From Tepidisphaera sp. (GTDB lineage Bacteria > Planctomycetota > Phycisphaerae > Phycisphaerales > UBA1924), in NCBI GenBank assembly GCA_050916045.1, contig CP051526.1:2336001-2400000 (forward strand): a DNA stretch of 64,000 nt, read 5' to 3'. A program made the position numbers and the translations under genes. The notes under the pieces are model-generated. The model was not told where the DNA came from. It ran no database searches and saw nothing but the letters and a program-made list of their open reading frames with translations. Shown piece by piece: positions 50,540-64,000 of the stretch; positions within the stretch are counted from its first letter, which is position 1, and every line of letters begins with the position of its first letter.

Positions 50540-53500
50540 TCATCGGAAGGGCGACCCAAGCCGAACCCCGATCGTCGCATCGCGGTCGCAAACGAGCTTT
50601 CCATCTACCACCCGAAGCTCTGCCGAGAGGATCGAGCTCCGCCGCGCCGGAAACGGCATGACACCGTCGCGACTCGGGAAGTTCTGCCCGTACGGATGCG
50701 TGAAGTAGACGATCAGAGCCCTCTCACCCTCCACCACCACATCGGCGTGCTTCCCGATCGAACCGTCATCAAGGCGCTTGCCCGGCCTGTCCAGGATCTT
50801 CCCTTGGTACGTCCATTCCCCGAGGTCCTTGGATCGATACACATCCAGTCCGCTGTCGGGATCCTTCAAAAGCCAGTGAAACCCGCCCAATTCGAAGACC
50901 TTCGGCGCTTCCCCGTACAGCTTCGAGACGCCAGGGTCCTCGGAAGGCATCCACGTCATCAGATCCTTCGACTCCACCGCGAGCGTGGCGGATCCGCGAG
51001 CTTCGTCCTTGTACCACAGCCGCCATCCCCCCTCGGGCAGCCGCACCACCGACGGATCGATGCACCGGTCGGACGTCAGCGGCAACCGGCCTGCTTTCGT
51101 CCACGACGAAAGGTCGCGCGACGTGTAATGGTCGATGAATCGCGACCCTGTCCATCCCGTGTGCACGCCCGGCACGACCGTGACAAAGCAGTGGTACACC
51201 CCGTCGTCCGTGCGCACGACATCCGGCGCCCACAGCGAGTGCGGCTCATCACCCGTCGGAAGCGCCAGCACCCCGCCATAGGTCCACGTCACGCCGCCGT
51301 CGACCGACTCCGCGATGCCGATCCGCGTCTGATGGCACCACTCCACATCCGGCAGGTCCAGCTTCGCCCGCCGCTGGGTGTAGAGCATCCACCACGCTCC
51401 CCGCGCCGGATTGAACACCAGCACCGGGTCCGCAGCGCCATCGAAAACCGGGTCCCGGAACAACGGTGCGGGAGGCTCACGCTCGGTGACCGAGGCGATC
51501 GGCTGATCAATGTCAACGCCCATCTCATGGAACCGCGCCGCCGCGTGCAGAAAGTGCGTGGTGATCCAGAACACCGTCCACCCCTCGCTGTAGCCGCCCC
51601 GCATCCGCTCCACGTCCGACATGTCGCCGTGCTGCGCGAAGTTCGTCTGCTGGATCTGCTCGCCCTGACTCCCCCGATCATCGATCAACTGCCCGCAGGC
51701 CCGGTACATCAGCACCGAAAGCCTGCAAAGCTCCGGCCGCCCGAGCAGCCGTCCCATCCGATAGATCTCCGGCGTGTAGTACACCCCGAACACATCCAAA
51801 TGCTGGTTCTGCGCCGACACGACCGTCCAGCCACGCGACCTGAACCCATGATCACGCAGACGCCCAGGCGGCAGATCGATGTCCCACAGATTCGTCCAGC
51901 TCAGCGTCGCGTCCATCGCGTGCTCCGCTCGCCGAAGCCACGAAGCCTCACCCGTGTGGTCAAAGCACGCCAAAAACGCTTGGAACGCCGCCCACGCAGC
52001 CTCCTTGTCCTCGCACCTCGCATCAAGCGTGCCGCCCCAGTACGGCTCCGCCGCTCCCATGTGCCTCCGGGCCGCCGTCTCCGCGATCTTGAGCGCCGCC
52101 CGCTCGCACTCCGCCAATCCCAGAAGCCGCGAAGCCCGCAGCAGCGGCGACACGAAGAACGCTTCGTTCGTCGACACCGGATTCCAGTCCTCCCGGAGCA
52201 CGCGCCGGGCGTGAAGCTCGCAGGCCCGCCGCACGAAGTCGGACCAGCGGGCGTGCGCGATCCCGCGCCGACCCGCCGCTTCGATCGCCCGCGTGATCGT
52301 CTCGAGCGCCTGTCCCTGCGAGACGAAGTCCTGCTCCGTCCACGCCCCGCTTTCCACCGTGTACCGCTGCAAGAACCCATTGTCGTTGAACGGCGCCGAC
52401 GACAGAAGGTCAAGCGACCGCGAAGCCGCCTGCTCCCACCCGATCCAGCCCGACTTCTCCCCCATCGCGAGCAGGTAGTAAGGCACCGTCTCCGCCTGTC
52501 CGCACCACCCCATCACGTAGTGCGTGCCCTCGACGTAGTCGGGGTACATCTCAAACCCGCTCTTCTCTCCGAGATCGCGCCACCGCGACCTCGCAAACTC
52601 AAGCTTGCGTCCGACGATCGCCGCCGCCCCCGGCAGCCCGTCCGTCGAGAACGGCGACCCACGCTCGATGCACGTCCGCACCGGCACGCGGAACCCGCTC
52701 CCCACCTCCGAAACCTCGTACACCTGAATCGCAAAGTCCTTCTCAACGACCGCACCCGGCCGCAGTTCCATCCATGTGTTGTCGTAGGGCATGAACTCGC
52801 CCTGCCGCGCCTTGACCACCGCGTTGCGCCCGTTCGAAGCACACGGGCCCGAGTACGCGGCGAGTTCGTACCCGAGTTCGACCGGCATCACGCCAAGCGA
52901 CCACCACTGATCACGCTTCGCCGCGCCGGGAACCATCGACGGCGTCGTGTGCAGCGCCGCCCCTCCGCCCTTCCACTCCACGCTCGCAAGCGGCATCGAG
53001 AACCGGTGCTCCTCGTGGAAAGATCGCTCGCCAACCGCCCCGGTGTGAACGACCACCGCGGCACGACCCCTGGACGCCGGATCGCCGGCCGTGACGCCGC
53101 TCGTCCTCGCTCCCGACGGATTTCCGTAGAACGAGATGCCCGGAAGAAACACGCTCGCCGACCGCTCGGCCGTCGCTTCGGGCACCGTCCATCTCACGCT
53201 CAGCGTGCACTTGGGAAGCGGGCGTGCCCCCCTCCACTCAAAGCGCCGCCGCCCCACGACCAGATCCCCCTCGACCCGATACGCGTCGCGAAGCTCAAGG
53301 CGTCCCCCGCCAAGCTCCACATGCCCCGTCACCACCACCCACCCGTTCGCCTCGGTCCGCTCGGACGGATGCACATGCTTCCACGCCGCCGGCCACCCCT
53401 CCGACCAATCCGTCGCGACCGACCACAGACCTTCAGCCGGAGATTCAACCACGGTCCTTTGGCCATTCCCAACGCGAACACGGATCGGCGACTCGCCCGA

Positions 53501-53563
53501 CACGTCCAGCGAAGGTTGACCAACCACCAAAGTCGCAACGATCAATGCAGTAGAAAGCGGCAT
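50540..53563 (-). CDS. Secreted glycoside hydrolase-like fusion: uncharacterised N-terminal module + GH43-like beta-propeller
   Basis: Signal peptide; C-terminal LFRDPVFDGAADP, WAPDV, IDPSV, EAPKV, HADV. Confidence 0.7.
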   Translation of the reverse strand: MPLSTALIVATLVVGQPSLDVSGESPIRVRVGNGQRTVVESPAEGLWSVATDWSEGWPAAWKHVHPSERTEANGWVVVTGHVELGGGRLELRDAYRVEGDLVVGRRRFEWRGARPLPKCTLSVRWTVPEATAERSASVFLPGISFYGNPSGARTSGVTAGDPASRGRAAVVVHTGAVGERSFHEEHRFSMPLASVEWKGGGAALHTTPSMVPGAAKRDQWWSLGVMPVELGYELAAYSGPCASNGRNAVVKARQGEFMPYDNTWMELRPGAVVEKDFAIQVYEVSEVGSGFRVPVRTCIERGSPFSTDGLPGAAAIVGRKLEFARSRWRDLGEKSGFEMYPDYVEGTHYVMGWCGQAETVPYYLLAMGEKSGWIGWEQAASRSLDLLSSAPFNDNGFLQRYTVESGAWTEQDFVSQGQALETITRAIEAAGRRGIAHARWSDFVRRACELHARRVLREDWNPVSTNEAFFVSPLLRASRLLGLAECERAALKIAETAARRHMGAAEPYWGGTLDARCEDKEAAWAAFQAFLACFDHTGEASWLRRAEHAMDATLSWTNLWDIDLPPGRLRDHGFRSRGWTVVSAQNQHLDVFGVYYTPEIYRMGRLLGRPELCRLSVLMYRACGQLIDDRGSQGEQIQQTNFAQHGDMSDVERMRGGYSEGWTVFWITTHFLHAAARFHEMGVDIDQPIASVTEREPPAPLFRDPVFDGAADPVLVFNPARGAWWMLYTQRRAKLDLPDVEWCHQTRIGIAESVDGGVTWTYGGVLALPTGDEPHSLWAPDVVRTDDGVYHCFVTVVPGVHTGWTGSRFIDHYTSRDLSSWTKAGRLPLTSDRCIDPSVVRLPEGGWRLWYKDEARGSATLAVESKDLMTWMPSEDPGVSKLYGEAPKVFELGGFHWLLKDPDSGLDVYRSKDLGEWTYQGKILDRPGKRLDDGSIGKHADVVVEGERALIVYFTHPYGQNFPSRDGVMPFPARRSSILSAELRVVDGKLVCDRDATIGVRLGSPFR

Positions 53564-53621
53564 GCACGGCATGCTATCGCATCCGAGCACCGCCCCGCAA
53601 ACCGGCCGCCCGCCGACAACC

Positions 53622-55712
53622 TCAGTTCCGCTTCACCAGCGTCACGTCCGTCGTCGCTTCCTTGCCGTTGCGGATGTACGTGATCTTGACCACATCCCCC
53701 GGCTTGGCGGCCCGGAGCTGGGCCGTGAAGGTCTGGATGTCCTTCAGCACGACATCGTTCCACTTGATCAGTCGGTCGTCCGTCTTCAGGCCGGCCTTCT
53801 CCGCCGGCTTGCCGGGGCTCACGCCGCCGACGAGCACGCCGTCCTTGTCGTCCGCGTAGTCGCCGGGGACCAACCCGAACGTCGCAGAACCCAAGCCGAC
53901 CGACGGACCGGTCGATTCATCCCCAGCGGGCTCCTCCGGCTTGGGTGCCGGCGCGGGCTTCTCCGCCGGCTTCTCGGCCGTCTTCTCGGCCGTCTTCTCG
54001 GCGGGCTTATCGGCCGCCGGCTGATCTTCGGGCTTCTTCTCCGTGCCAAACACAAGCGGCTCGGTCCGGCTCGCCGCGTCCATCGCGATCCGCGTGCCCA
54101 GGTCCACGATCTTCGCCGCGCCCTCGATGTTGATCTTGTCCGCCGTGTCGATCGGGCGGTGGTAGTCCTCGTGCAACCCCGTGAAGAAGAACACCGCCGG
54201 GATCTTCACCTGACGGAAGCTCGCATGGTCGCTCCGGTCGTCGAACTGGCTCCGCTTGACCAGCGGACGGATCGGGAAGCCCGCCGCTTTCCAATACGGA
54301 TCCAGCCAATCCGCAAGCCCGGCCGCGACGCCAAGCCCGGAGACTTCAAGGGGCGGGTCCTCGCGCAAGCGACCCACCATGTCCATGTTGATCATGAAGT
54401 AGTGCTTCTCGCGCGGGGCGATCATGTTCTGCGTGTAGTACCGCGAGCCCTCGAGCCCCGACTCTTCCGCCGAGAACGCAAGGAAAAGCACCGACCGGCA
54501 GCTCGCGTTCTCCGGCAGCTTCGCATACTCCGCCGCCATCTTGCCCGCCATCGTCAGGATCGCGCTCGTGCCCGAAGCGTTGTCGTCCGCTCCGGGGTGG
54601 ATAATCCCCGTCGAACCGCTCATCGACCCGAAATTGCCGTACCCGACGTGGTCGTAGTGAGCGCCGATCACGACCCACTCATCCGCCAGCGCGCCCTTCC
54701 CGCGAAGCACACCGCCCACGTTCGCCGTCTTCTGCTCCTGCTTGACGATCTCCGCTTCGATCGCAAGCGTCGCCTTCGGCAGATCGATCATCTCGCCCGA
54801 AGCGTCCGCGTGGTTGCGAAGATCGCGAAGCGATCGCCCGTTCGCGTCCGCCGCCGAGACGAACGCTTCCGCCGCTTGGTTGCCAAGCATCATGACCGGT
54901 CCGGCCGCCGGGTTCCGCGGCATGCGGCCGTTCGCGCCCACCTCGGTGAAGTTCATCAGCCGGTTGACACGCTCATCATCGGCTCCCGGAGGGTTCACGA
55001 CGACCACCGCCGCCGCGCCGCGCGTGAAGCACTCATTGATTTTGGCATTGAGGTCGGCCTTGGGTGACCAGCTCCCCTCCGCCCACCGGCTTTCACCCTT
55101 CTCGTTCATGGGCTCAAACCGGAGCACGATCGCGGCTTTCCCCTTCAGGTCCGCGCCGCCGGTAAACCCGGCGTATCCGTCCTTCCCCTCCGCGATGCCG
55201 TACCCGACGAAGACCGCTCCACCCTCGAACTTGCCCGTACCCGACAAGGCCAGCGCCCGCATGTCCGTCCCGGCGACGAGCTTCTTCGCTCCGCCGGGCA
55301 GGTTCAGCGTCAACTCCTCCTTCGCGGCCGTGATCTTCCCGCCGCGCAGGTCACGCGGCACGAAGTACTGCAGGTACGACGAGAAAGCCTTCTCCCCCTC
55401 GGGGAACGCCGGCGACAACCCCGCCTTCTTGAAATGGAACTCGATGTAGTCCGCCGCGTCCGCGTTGCCGCGATCGCCCGGACACCGCCCCTCAAACCAC
55501 GGGTTGGCGAGCGTAAAGATGTGCTGCCGGTACACCGCCGCATCCGCCGCGTTCGTGTCCGCTCCCGCCGGGGTCGTCCGATCCGTCACCTCCGCCCAAA
55601 CCCCCGCAGCAGCCAACGCCGGCGACCACCCCGAAAGCGTGCCCGCCAGCGCGGCTCCCGCGAACACAACCAGGGACGCCAAGCGGGAACCACGACGAGA
55701 AGGGGTCGGCAT
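53622..55712 (-). CDS. M28 family aminopeptidase with PA and PDZ domains
   Basis: [36 protein letters not shown]-terminal PDZ. Confidence 0.92.
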   Translation of the reverse strand: MPTPSRRGSRLASLVVFAGAALAGTLSGWSPALAAAGVWAEVTDRTTPAGADTNAADAAVYRQHIFTLANPWFEGRCPGDRGNADAADYIEFHFKKAGLSPAFPEGEKAFSSYLQYFVPRDLRGGKITAAKEELTLNLPGGAKKLVAGTDMRALALSGTGKFEGGAVFVGYGIAEGKDGYAGFTGGADLKGKAAIVLRFEPMNEKGESRWAEGSWSPKADLNAKINECFTRGAAAVVVVNPPGADDERVNRLMNFTEVGANGRMPRNPAAGPVMMLGNQAAEAFVSAADANGRSLRDLRNHADASGEMIDLPKATLAIEAEIVKQEQKTANVGGVLRGKGALADEWVVIGAHYDHVGYGNFGSMSGSTGIIHPGADDNASGTSAILTMAGKMAAEYAKLPENASCRSVLFLAFSAEESGLEGSRYYTQNMIAPREKHYFMINMDMVGRLREDPPLEVSGLGVAAGLADWLDPYWKAAGFPIRPLVKRSQFDDRSDHASFRQVKIPAVFFFTGLHEDYHRPIDTADKINIEGAAKIVDLGTRIAMDAASRTEPLVFGTEKKPEDQPAADKPAEKTAEKTAEKPAEKPAPAPKPEEPAGDESTGPSVGLGSATFGLVPGDYADDKDGVLVGGVSPGKPAEKAGLKTDDRLIKWNDVVLKDIQTFTAQLRAAKPGDVVKITYIRNGKEATTDVTLVKRN

Positions 55713-55907
55713 GAGGAAATCGCTCCAGTGTGGAAAGCACCTCCCGGCCGCGGGTTTCAAACCCCGCCGGAAGCGTCCGAAAGTGTACCGCCGCCAGCCC
55801 GGAATCGCTGCAACCCCCGGACATTTGAGCACCCCTCACCTAGACTTCCCCGCAGATCGGTCCGTCCCCCAACCTTCAGCCCTCGCGGGCTTTCACACAG
55901 GGTTCCC

Positions 55908-58865
<2,958 letters not shown>

Positions 58866-58963
58866 GGACGAACAGGGCGATCTCGCGGGTGTTCCTGCGT
58901 TGATGCGGGCTTCCTGCGTGGTTGATGGGCGATAGCTGATCCTCTCTCGCGAGCAAGGATGTT

Positions 58964-59326
58964 ATGGAATGGGCCATGAAGCAGCTGCTCGAGAGCCTTG
59001 AGAGGCTCGCCCAGGGAGCGGCCGCTCAACGCGAGTACCTGACATCTCTCGGCACGGGCCCGGATGAGCTCGCGCTTGAGTTCGATGATGTCGCGGACGC
59101 CGCGATGATGGATTGCACGGATTCCGCCACGGTCGCAGCGGTGAAAGACCTCGACGCCTTTCTGGGTCGGATCAGCGGTCGCGAGAACGCCGGCTTGTGG
59201 ACCACTGAAGCACTCGGTCGCTCGCCTGAATGGGAGACCGTTCGAGCCAAGGCCTCGCGATGCCTCGAACTTCTCAAACGGCCGCCGCGCTCTGCGGATG
59301 GCCCGAACGGACCGCCCTCCTTCTGA
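58964..59326 (+). CDS. Small hypothetical protein
   Basis: Acidic helical ORF (DELALEFDD...LW..EAL..SPEW..VR). Confidence 0.6.
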   Translation: MEWAMKQLLESLERLAQGAAAQREYLTSLGTGPDELALEFDDVADAAMMDCTDSATVAAVKDLDAFLGRISGRENAGLWTTEALGRSPEWETVRAKASRCLELLKRPPRSADGPNGPPSF

Positions 59327-59883
59327 CGCCTTGCCAATCGAAAGGGCGAGGGCGAGTCATCGTGGGGGTGAGGCGGAGGGATTGATACAGCGGAAAGCGC
59401 ACCCCCTCGCCTAACCTTCATTGTGCATTCGACGAATCACGCCATCACTACATCTTCCGCCCCGGGCGTGACACCCGCCCGGATCGTCTGGGCGCGGCGC
59501 CTTCTCGTCATCGTTCCCGTCATGCTCATCACGTACGTCGCGATCCCTTTCGTCTGGGGCCGGACGGTCCCGGAGGAAACGGTGATGCCGCGGATCTGCG
59601 GAGTGATGCCCGCATGGACCCTGTTCTTCCGCGCCGGTTGGGAATCCTCGGGCAAGCCCGGCAAGCCGCGATGGCCGTATACGTCCCACGGGCTCACGCC
59701 GCCGAACTGAATCCACCCCGACTTTCCGCCCGACGCGGTGCCGCGCCGATAAAACCGCTCGCGGTCCGCTCAGAGTTCACCACAGAGGCGCAGAGACACC
59801 GAGAAGCACAGGCCCCAGCGCGATTTCTGCGCATCCAGACGACCCTTCGCGGCCTTGGCGCTTCGAAGAACGGCCCGCGTTGG

Positions 59884-60051
59884 GCCTTGAACGACGGTCG
59901 TGAAGCCTTGAACGATCGCCGTGAAGCCTTGAACGGTCCCTGTGAAGGGCTGAACGATCGCCATTCGCCCGTGAACGACTCCCGTTCAGCCGTGAACGGC
60001 TCTCGTTCACCCGTGAACGACTCCCATTCTGCCACGAACGATCACCGTTCA
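59884..60051 (+). repeat. Tandem array of 8 x 21-bp degenerate repeats
   Basis: Units like GCCTTGAACGATCGCCGTGAA / CCCGTGAACGACTCCCGTTCA. Confidence 0.88.
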
Positions 60052-60151
60052 CGGGCGGCGACACCGCAAGCCACGACCTTCTGCCGAACACCGCGGGTCC
60101 GGAAACAGCCTCCAAGCCCCTCGCAAAGACGCCGGCGATAGGATCCCGTCG

Positions 60152-60442
60152 ATGAGCGACGCAACCACCCGACCGGTCTGGTGCTTTCTCGGCGCGCCTC
60201 TCGCCGAACGTCGAAGCACGCACCCTTCCGCCATCTTCTCCTCGGTCGAAGCCGCCGAACGCTGGATCGCGGAGCACGCCCTGTCCGGTCTCCTCACGCT
60301 GTACCACCTGGACGTCCCCGCGTTCGAGCGATCTCTCGCACTGGGGACCGTCCCCGTGGCACAGCGAGACGGCTCGCTCCGGCAGGTCTGGGCCGGCGGC
60401 GAAGCCCACCACCACTACGAAGACGGTCGCAGAGTCGGCTGA
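60152..60442 (+). CDS. Small hypothetical protein
   Basis: VWCF...PSAIFSS.E.AE.WI..H.LSG.LT.Y.LD...H.HYEDG pattern. Confidence 0.7.
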   Translation: MSDATTRPVWCFLGAPLAERRSTHPSAIFSSVEAAERWIAEHALSGLLTLYHLDVPAFERSLALGTVPVAQRDGSLRQVWAGGEAHHHYEDGRRVG

Positions 60443-60459
60443 GCATTTGGAGCATCCCC

Positions 60460-60885
60460 GTGACGGACACGCCAACGCCGCTCTCACCAAGCGAACTGAC
60501 CATCAGCCACGCCAGACGAAAGCTGGCGCGTGTCCCTGCGTTTCAGTTCGCTCCCACGGCCTCTGGATCAACATCCACCCTCATCGGCACACTCGACACA
60601 CGCGACGGTCGCGTCGAGATCCACACGGACCGCCTCGCAACCCTTTGGAGTCCTGAGGTCACCATCCTCTACACCGACATCGAATCGATCCACGGTCCAG
60701 ACTCGAAAGACCCCTCGGCGGACGCCACCCTCACCCTCCAAGCGGCACGATCCGACCCGCTCACACTTGCTTTTCCCTGTCGCGACAGACTCAACGACGC
60801 ATTCATCGTGCTCACGTTCCTGCGACGCGCGGCTTGGGCGTGGAAGCGCGGACCTGACGAAGAGGCGGACCCCATCGTCGACTGA
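60460..60885 (+). CDS. Hypothetical protein
   Basis: GTG start 17 nt after the previous stop with GGAG upstream; protein-like composition. Confidence 0.55.
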   Translation: MTDTPTPLSPSELTISHARRKLARVPAFQFAPTASGSTSTLIGTLDTRDGRVEIHTDRLATLWSPEVTILYTDIESIHGPDSKDPSADATLTLQAARSDPLTLAFPCRDRLNDAFIVLTFLRRAAWAWKRGPDEEADPIVD

Positions 60886-60910
60886 GCCTTTCCCCAAGCG
60901 CCTTCCCCTG

Positions 60911-60938
60911 GTGCCCAGTGCCTAGTGCCCAGTGCCCA
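60911..60938. repeat. 4 x 7-bp tandem repeat GTGCC(C/T)A
   Basis: GTGCCCA GTGCCTA GTGCCCA GTGCCCA overlapping the S9 peptidase stop. Confidence 0.75.
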
Positions 60939-63192
60939 ACTCCCTCACAAAAAACTCCGCGATCCGCGAGTACAGCGCCTTCGTCACCACCGGGTCCGGC
61001 ACCATGTGCGTGAACCCCGGGAGCACCAGGAACTCAAAGTGCTTCCCCGCTCGGAACATCGCGTCCGCCATCTTGAGCGAGTGCATGAAGTACACGTTGT
61101 CGTCCGCCGTCCCGTGCACCAACAAGAGAGGAACGGACAAATCCTTCGCGTACGTCAGCACGTTGCTGTTCCGGTACCCCTCGGGGTTCTCTTCCGGCAA
61201 GCCAAGGTACCGCTCGGTGTACGTCGTGTCGTAATCCTCCCACGCCGTCACCGGTGCCCCCGCGCACGCGGCTTTGTACACATCCGGCCGCCGCATCGCG
61301 AACATCGCGCTCGCGTACCCGCCGAACGACCACCCGTACACGCCCACGCGCTCCATGTCGAGCTCGGGGTACTTCGCGCCAAGAGCCTTCAGCGCCGCCA
61401 CCTGATCGTTCAAGCCCACATCGATCAGGTCCCCCTTCGGGTTCCCCGACGCAAGCTTCCACGCCCGCTGCCACTCCCGCCCGCGGTCCGGCGTCCCTCG
61501 GTTGTCGATCGCCACCATGATGAACCCGTGATCCGCGAACCACTGGTTGAGGAGCGACCCGTACGGGTTCTTCGACACCGTCTTGGCCGTCGGCCCGACA
61601 TACACCGACGCGATCACCGGATACTTCTTGTTCTTGTCAAAGTTCCGCGGCCGGATCACGCTCGCGTGGAACGTCTTCCCCTCAGCCTCGACCGTGGTCC
61701 ACTCCGGAGCCGGCATGAACGGCGGCTTCTCCGCGTTCGAAGCGATCGTCCCCACCACCTCGCCATCACGCCACACCGTCCACGCTCGCCCGCCGCTCGC
61801 AAGCGTCTGGCTCATCACCGCCACGCCGAACTTCTCGCCCAAGGTGATCCCGTGGATCCCCGGCGCGCTCGAAAGCGGGGCCGGCGCGATCCGCGCCTTC
61901 AGCGGCACCTTCCACACGTGGCTCTCGGTCGGGTCCTTCGACGCCGACACATACGCGAACCCCTTCTCATCATCGAACGCGATCAAATCCCGGAACCCGA
62001 TCGCTTCCCCCGCAACCGTCGCGATCTTCTTCCCGCTCCTGTCGTGCCAGTTCAATTCCGGCCAGCCCGACGCTTCGCTGATCCAAAGGAACCCCGACCC
62101 ATCCTTCAGCCAGTGCGGCACCGCTTGCCGGATCTCCACCCACGCCGAGTCCGTCTCCTTCAGCACCTCCGTCACCCCGCCGCCCACCTCCCAGGTGTAC
62201 ACCACCATCTCCGTCTGCGCCCGATTGCTCACGACAAGCGTCAGCGGAGCGTTCTCCTCCCACTTCACCGTCACCAGATACGGATACTTCGCCCGATCCC
62301 ACTTCACCTCGACCGGATAGCAGTTGTCCGTCGCGGACACGAAGAGCTGCACCTCCGCGTTCTTCTTCCCCGGCCGCGGATACGGCCACGTCTGCCCCGG
62401 GTTCCCCGGATTCACCGGGTCCGCGATCGTGAAGACCTCAAGCCCCGCCGTGTCCACCCGCGTGTACGCGATCCACTTCGAATCCGGGCTAAACCAGTAC
62501 CCCTCGCGGCGGTCCATCTCCTCCGCAGCGACAAACTCCGCCACGCCATACTCCACCGTCGGAGACTCCGGCGACAGAAGCACCTTCTCCTTGCCCGTCG
62601 CGCTGTCGATCACGCACAGCGATCCGCTCCGCACGCACCCGATCAGCGTCCCGTCCGCCGACATCCGCGGATCGATCGGGAATCCCTTCTCCGTGCCGAC
62701 CTCGCGCACCTTCGCTGTCGCACGCTCCACCAGATAAAGCTTGCCCGAAAGCGGCACCAGGATCGTCGACCCATCCTTCGAAAGCGAGTACGAAGCGATC
62801 CCCCGCGACGACATCCGCATCCGCTCGCGGCGAGCTTTCTCTTCCGGCGACAGATTCTCCTCCGCCCCCTTGAGAATCTGGTCCGCCGTCAAGAGCACCC
62901 GCTCTTTCCCCGTCGCGATGTCGAACTCGTACAGGTCCTGCACCACCGACCGCGGCCCCGACCGCAGGAAAAGCACGTGCTTCTCATCCGGCGTGATCTG
63001 GAACCCACGCGGCGTCCCCGCTCCAAACCGATACGTCGAAGCAAACTGCTCAAGAAACGCCGGATCCGCGATGCTCCGCGCGTTGGCAACGGAGCTCTTC
63101 GGCACGGGCTGTGCGGTCCGCGAGGTCCTCTCGCCGCCGGCGCAGCCGACCAGCCCCGCCGCCACCGCCATCGCCATCGCCGCCAGTTTCAT
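60922..63192 (-). CDS. S9 family dipeptidyl peptidase IV lipoprotein
   Basis: Lipobox LVGC, AEEM, YPRPG, GWSFGG, YDTTYTERY, HGTADDNV. Confidence 0.93.
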   Translation of the reverse strand: MKLAAMAMAVAAGLVGCAGGERTSRTAQPVPKSSVANARSIADPAFLEQFASTYRFGAGTPRGFQITPDEKHVLFLRSGPRSVVQDLYEFDIATGKERVLLTADQILKGAEENLSPEEKARRERMRMSSRGIASYSLSKDGSTILVPLSGKLYLVERATAKVREVGTEKGFPIDPRMSADGTLIGCVRSGSLCVIDSATGKEKVLLSPESPTVEYGVAEFVAAEEMDRREGYWFSPDSKWIAYTRVDTAGLEVFTIADPVNPGNPGQTWPYPRPGKKNAEVQLFVSATDNCYPVEVKWDRAKYPYLVTVKWEENAPLTLVVSNRAQTEMVVYTWEVGGGVTEVLKETDSAWVEIRQAVPHWLKDGSGFLWISEASGWPELNWHDRSGKKIATVAGEAIGFRDLIAFDDEKGFAYVSASKDPTESHVWKVPLKARIAPAPLSSAPGIHGITLGEKFGVAVMSQTLASGGRAWTVWRDGEVVGTIASNAEKPPFMPAPEWTTVEAEGKTFHASVIRPRNFDKNKKYPVIASVYVGPTAKTVSKNPYGSLLNQWFADHGFIMVAIDNRGTPDRGREWQRAWKLASGNPKGDLIDVGLNDQVAALKALGAKYPELDMERVGVYGWSFGGYASAMFAMRRPDVYKAACAGAPVTAWEDYDTTYTERYLGLPEENPEGYRNSNVLTYAKDLSVPLLLVHGTADDNVYFMHSLKMADAMFRAGKHFEFLVLPGFTHMVPDPVVTKALYSRIAEFFVRELGTGH

Positions 63193-63197
63193 TCCCT

Positions 63198-63998
63198 TCA
63201 CAGCGCCGCTCCTTGAACCACCGCGCCGCCTTCGACGCTCCGCAACTGCTGAACCACCCGCTTGTGCGAAAGCACGCTCAGCGGGATCATCGCGATATAC
63301 GTCCACACCGCCACCGGAATCGTCAGCCACGCGTCACGGAACATCGCGAGCACGAACATCCCGATCAGAACCATCAGAAACGGCACCGCGTGCCGCCGCA
63401 CACGAACCTTCTTGAAGCTGAACATCGGCACACGCGAGATCATCAGCCCCGCGATCAGAAGCGTGTTCACGATCACAAGCGTCGGCTCGATCGTCTCGAA
63501 CACCGCCATCGTGCTATCCGAAACCCGCCCCGTCTGGATCGGGAAATACTTCGCCACATCCAGCATCGCCGGCACCAGCATCGCACCGCCCGCCGCCGGC
63601 GTCGGAAGCCCGATGAAGAACTTCCCAAGCACAGACTTGCTCTTGGGCTGCCTCGGCATCGCCGTGAACCGCGCAAGCCGCAGCGCCGCGCAAAGCACAA
63701 ACGCCATCACCGCCGCCATCCCCAGCGACCGATGGTCCTTCAGCATCCACTGATGGATCAAGATCGCCGGCGCCACCCCGAACGACAGAAAGTCCGAAAG
63801 CGAGTCAAACACCGCGCCGAATCGCGATGTCGCCTGAAGCAGCCGAGCCGCCCGCCCATCCAAGAGGTCAAACACCGCAGCCACCCCGATCGCCAGCATC
63901 GCCGTCTTCCACGTCGACTCGATCAGCGCCGGATCCGCTTTCGCCGAAACGTACTGCGCCGCTTTCAGCGAGTAGTGGATCGACGCCAGCCCCGAGCA
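63198..63998 (-). CDS. pssA: CDP-alcohol phosphatidyltransferase (phosphatidylserine synthase-like), 5' truncated by window
   Basis: DLLDGRAAR...SRFGAVFDSLSDFLSFGVAPA, LRLARF, FFIGLP.P. Confidence 0.88.
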   Translation of the reverse strand, partial: CSGLASIHYSLKAAQYVSAKADPALIESTWKTAMLAIGVAAVFDLLDGRAARLLQATSRFGAVFDSLSDFLSFGVAPAILIHQWMLKDHRSLGMAAVMAFVLCAALRLARFTAMPRQPKSKSVLGKFFIGLPTPAAGGAMLVPAMLDVAKYFPIQTGRVSDSTMAVFETIEPTLVIVNTLLIAGLMISRVPMFSFKKVRVRRHAVPFLMVLIGMFVLAMFRDAWLTIPVAVWTYIAMIPLSVLSHKRVVQQLRSVEGGAVVQGAAL

Positions 63999-64000
63999 GA

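Noticed and set aside
50696..53683. Long antisense ORFs (995 aa here; also 18246-20783, 60925-63216, 10783-12528)
   Set aside because: Arg/Pro/His-rich shadow frames expected opposite high-GC genes.
55713..55907. Glycine riboswitch upstream of gcvP
   Set aside because: The conserved GGAGA...CCGAAG...CTCTCAGG motifs are not present.
59423..59710. 95-aa ORF with one hydrophobic segment
   Set aside because: No recognisable motif or RBS; not supportable as a gene.
59884..60051. Possible CRISPR array
   Set aside because: Contiguous degenerate 21-bp units with no unique spacers and no cas genes.

Overview
High-GC bacterial chromosome segment, most likely Planctomycetota (Phycisphaerae-like). This is inferred from a GC-type dockerin-anchored protein, a PEP-CTERM-type protein, a Gly-rich RRM protein and a TPR-kinase tail motif. 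The left arm (1-20.9 kb) is core-like: ECF sigma/anti-sigma operon, two TerC genes (one behind a yybP-ykoY Mn riboswitch and followed by a carbonic-anhydrase-like gene), BI-1/YccA, MFS, radical SAM, ABC exporter, PhoD, agmatine deiminase-aguB, purD with an ~83-aa insertion, and tRNA-fMet. A mosaic accessory island follows the tRNA (~21-50 kb). It carries three copies of a ~90-140 bp repeat, each placed behind a + strand cargo gene, with a serine-recombinase remnant next to the first. It also holds a FixL-like/NarL-like two-component system with a low-oxygen/lactate module (CBS, ADH, ppsA, two USPs, ldhA, broken lactate permease), a shared GCGGA-N4-TCCGC palindrome, an LRR lipoprotein insertion, many truncated gene 3' ends and detox/regulator pairs. 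The right arm (50.5-64 kb) has a GH43-like fusion, M28 and S9 peptidases, gcvP, small orphan ORFs with a 21-bp tandem array, and partial pssA. No CRISPR array or rRNA was seen. All calls come from motif recognition by eye; no searches were run.
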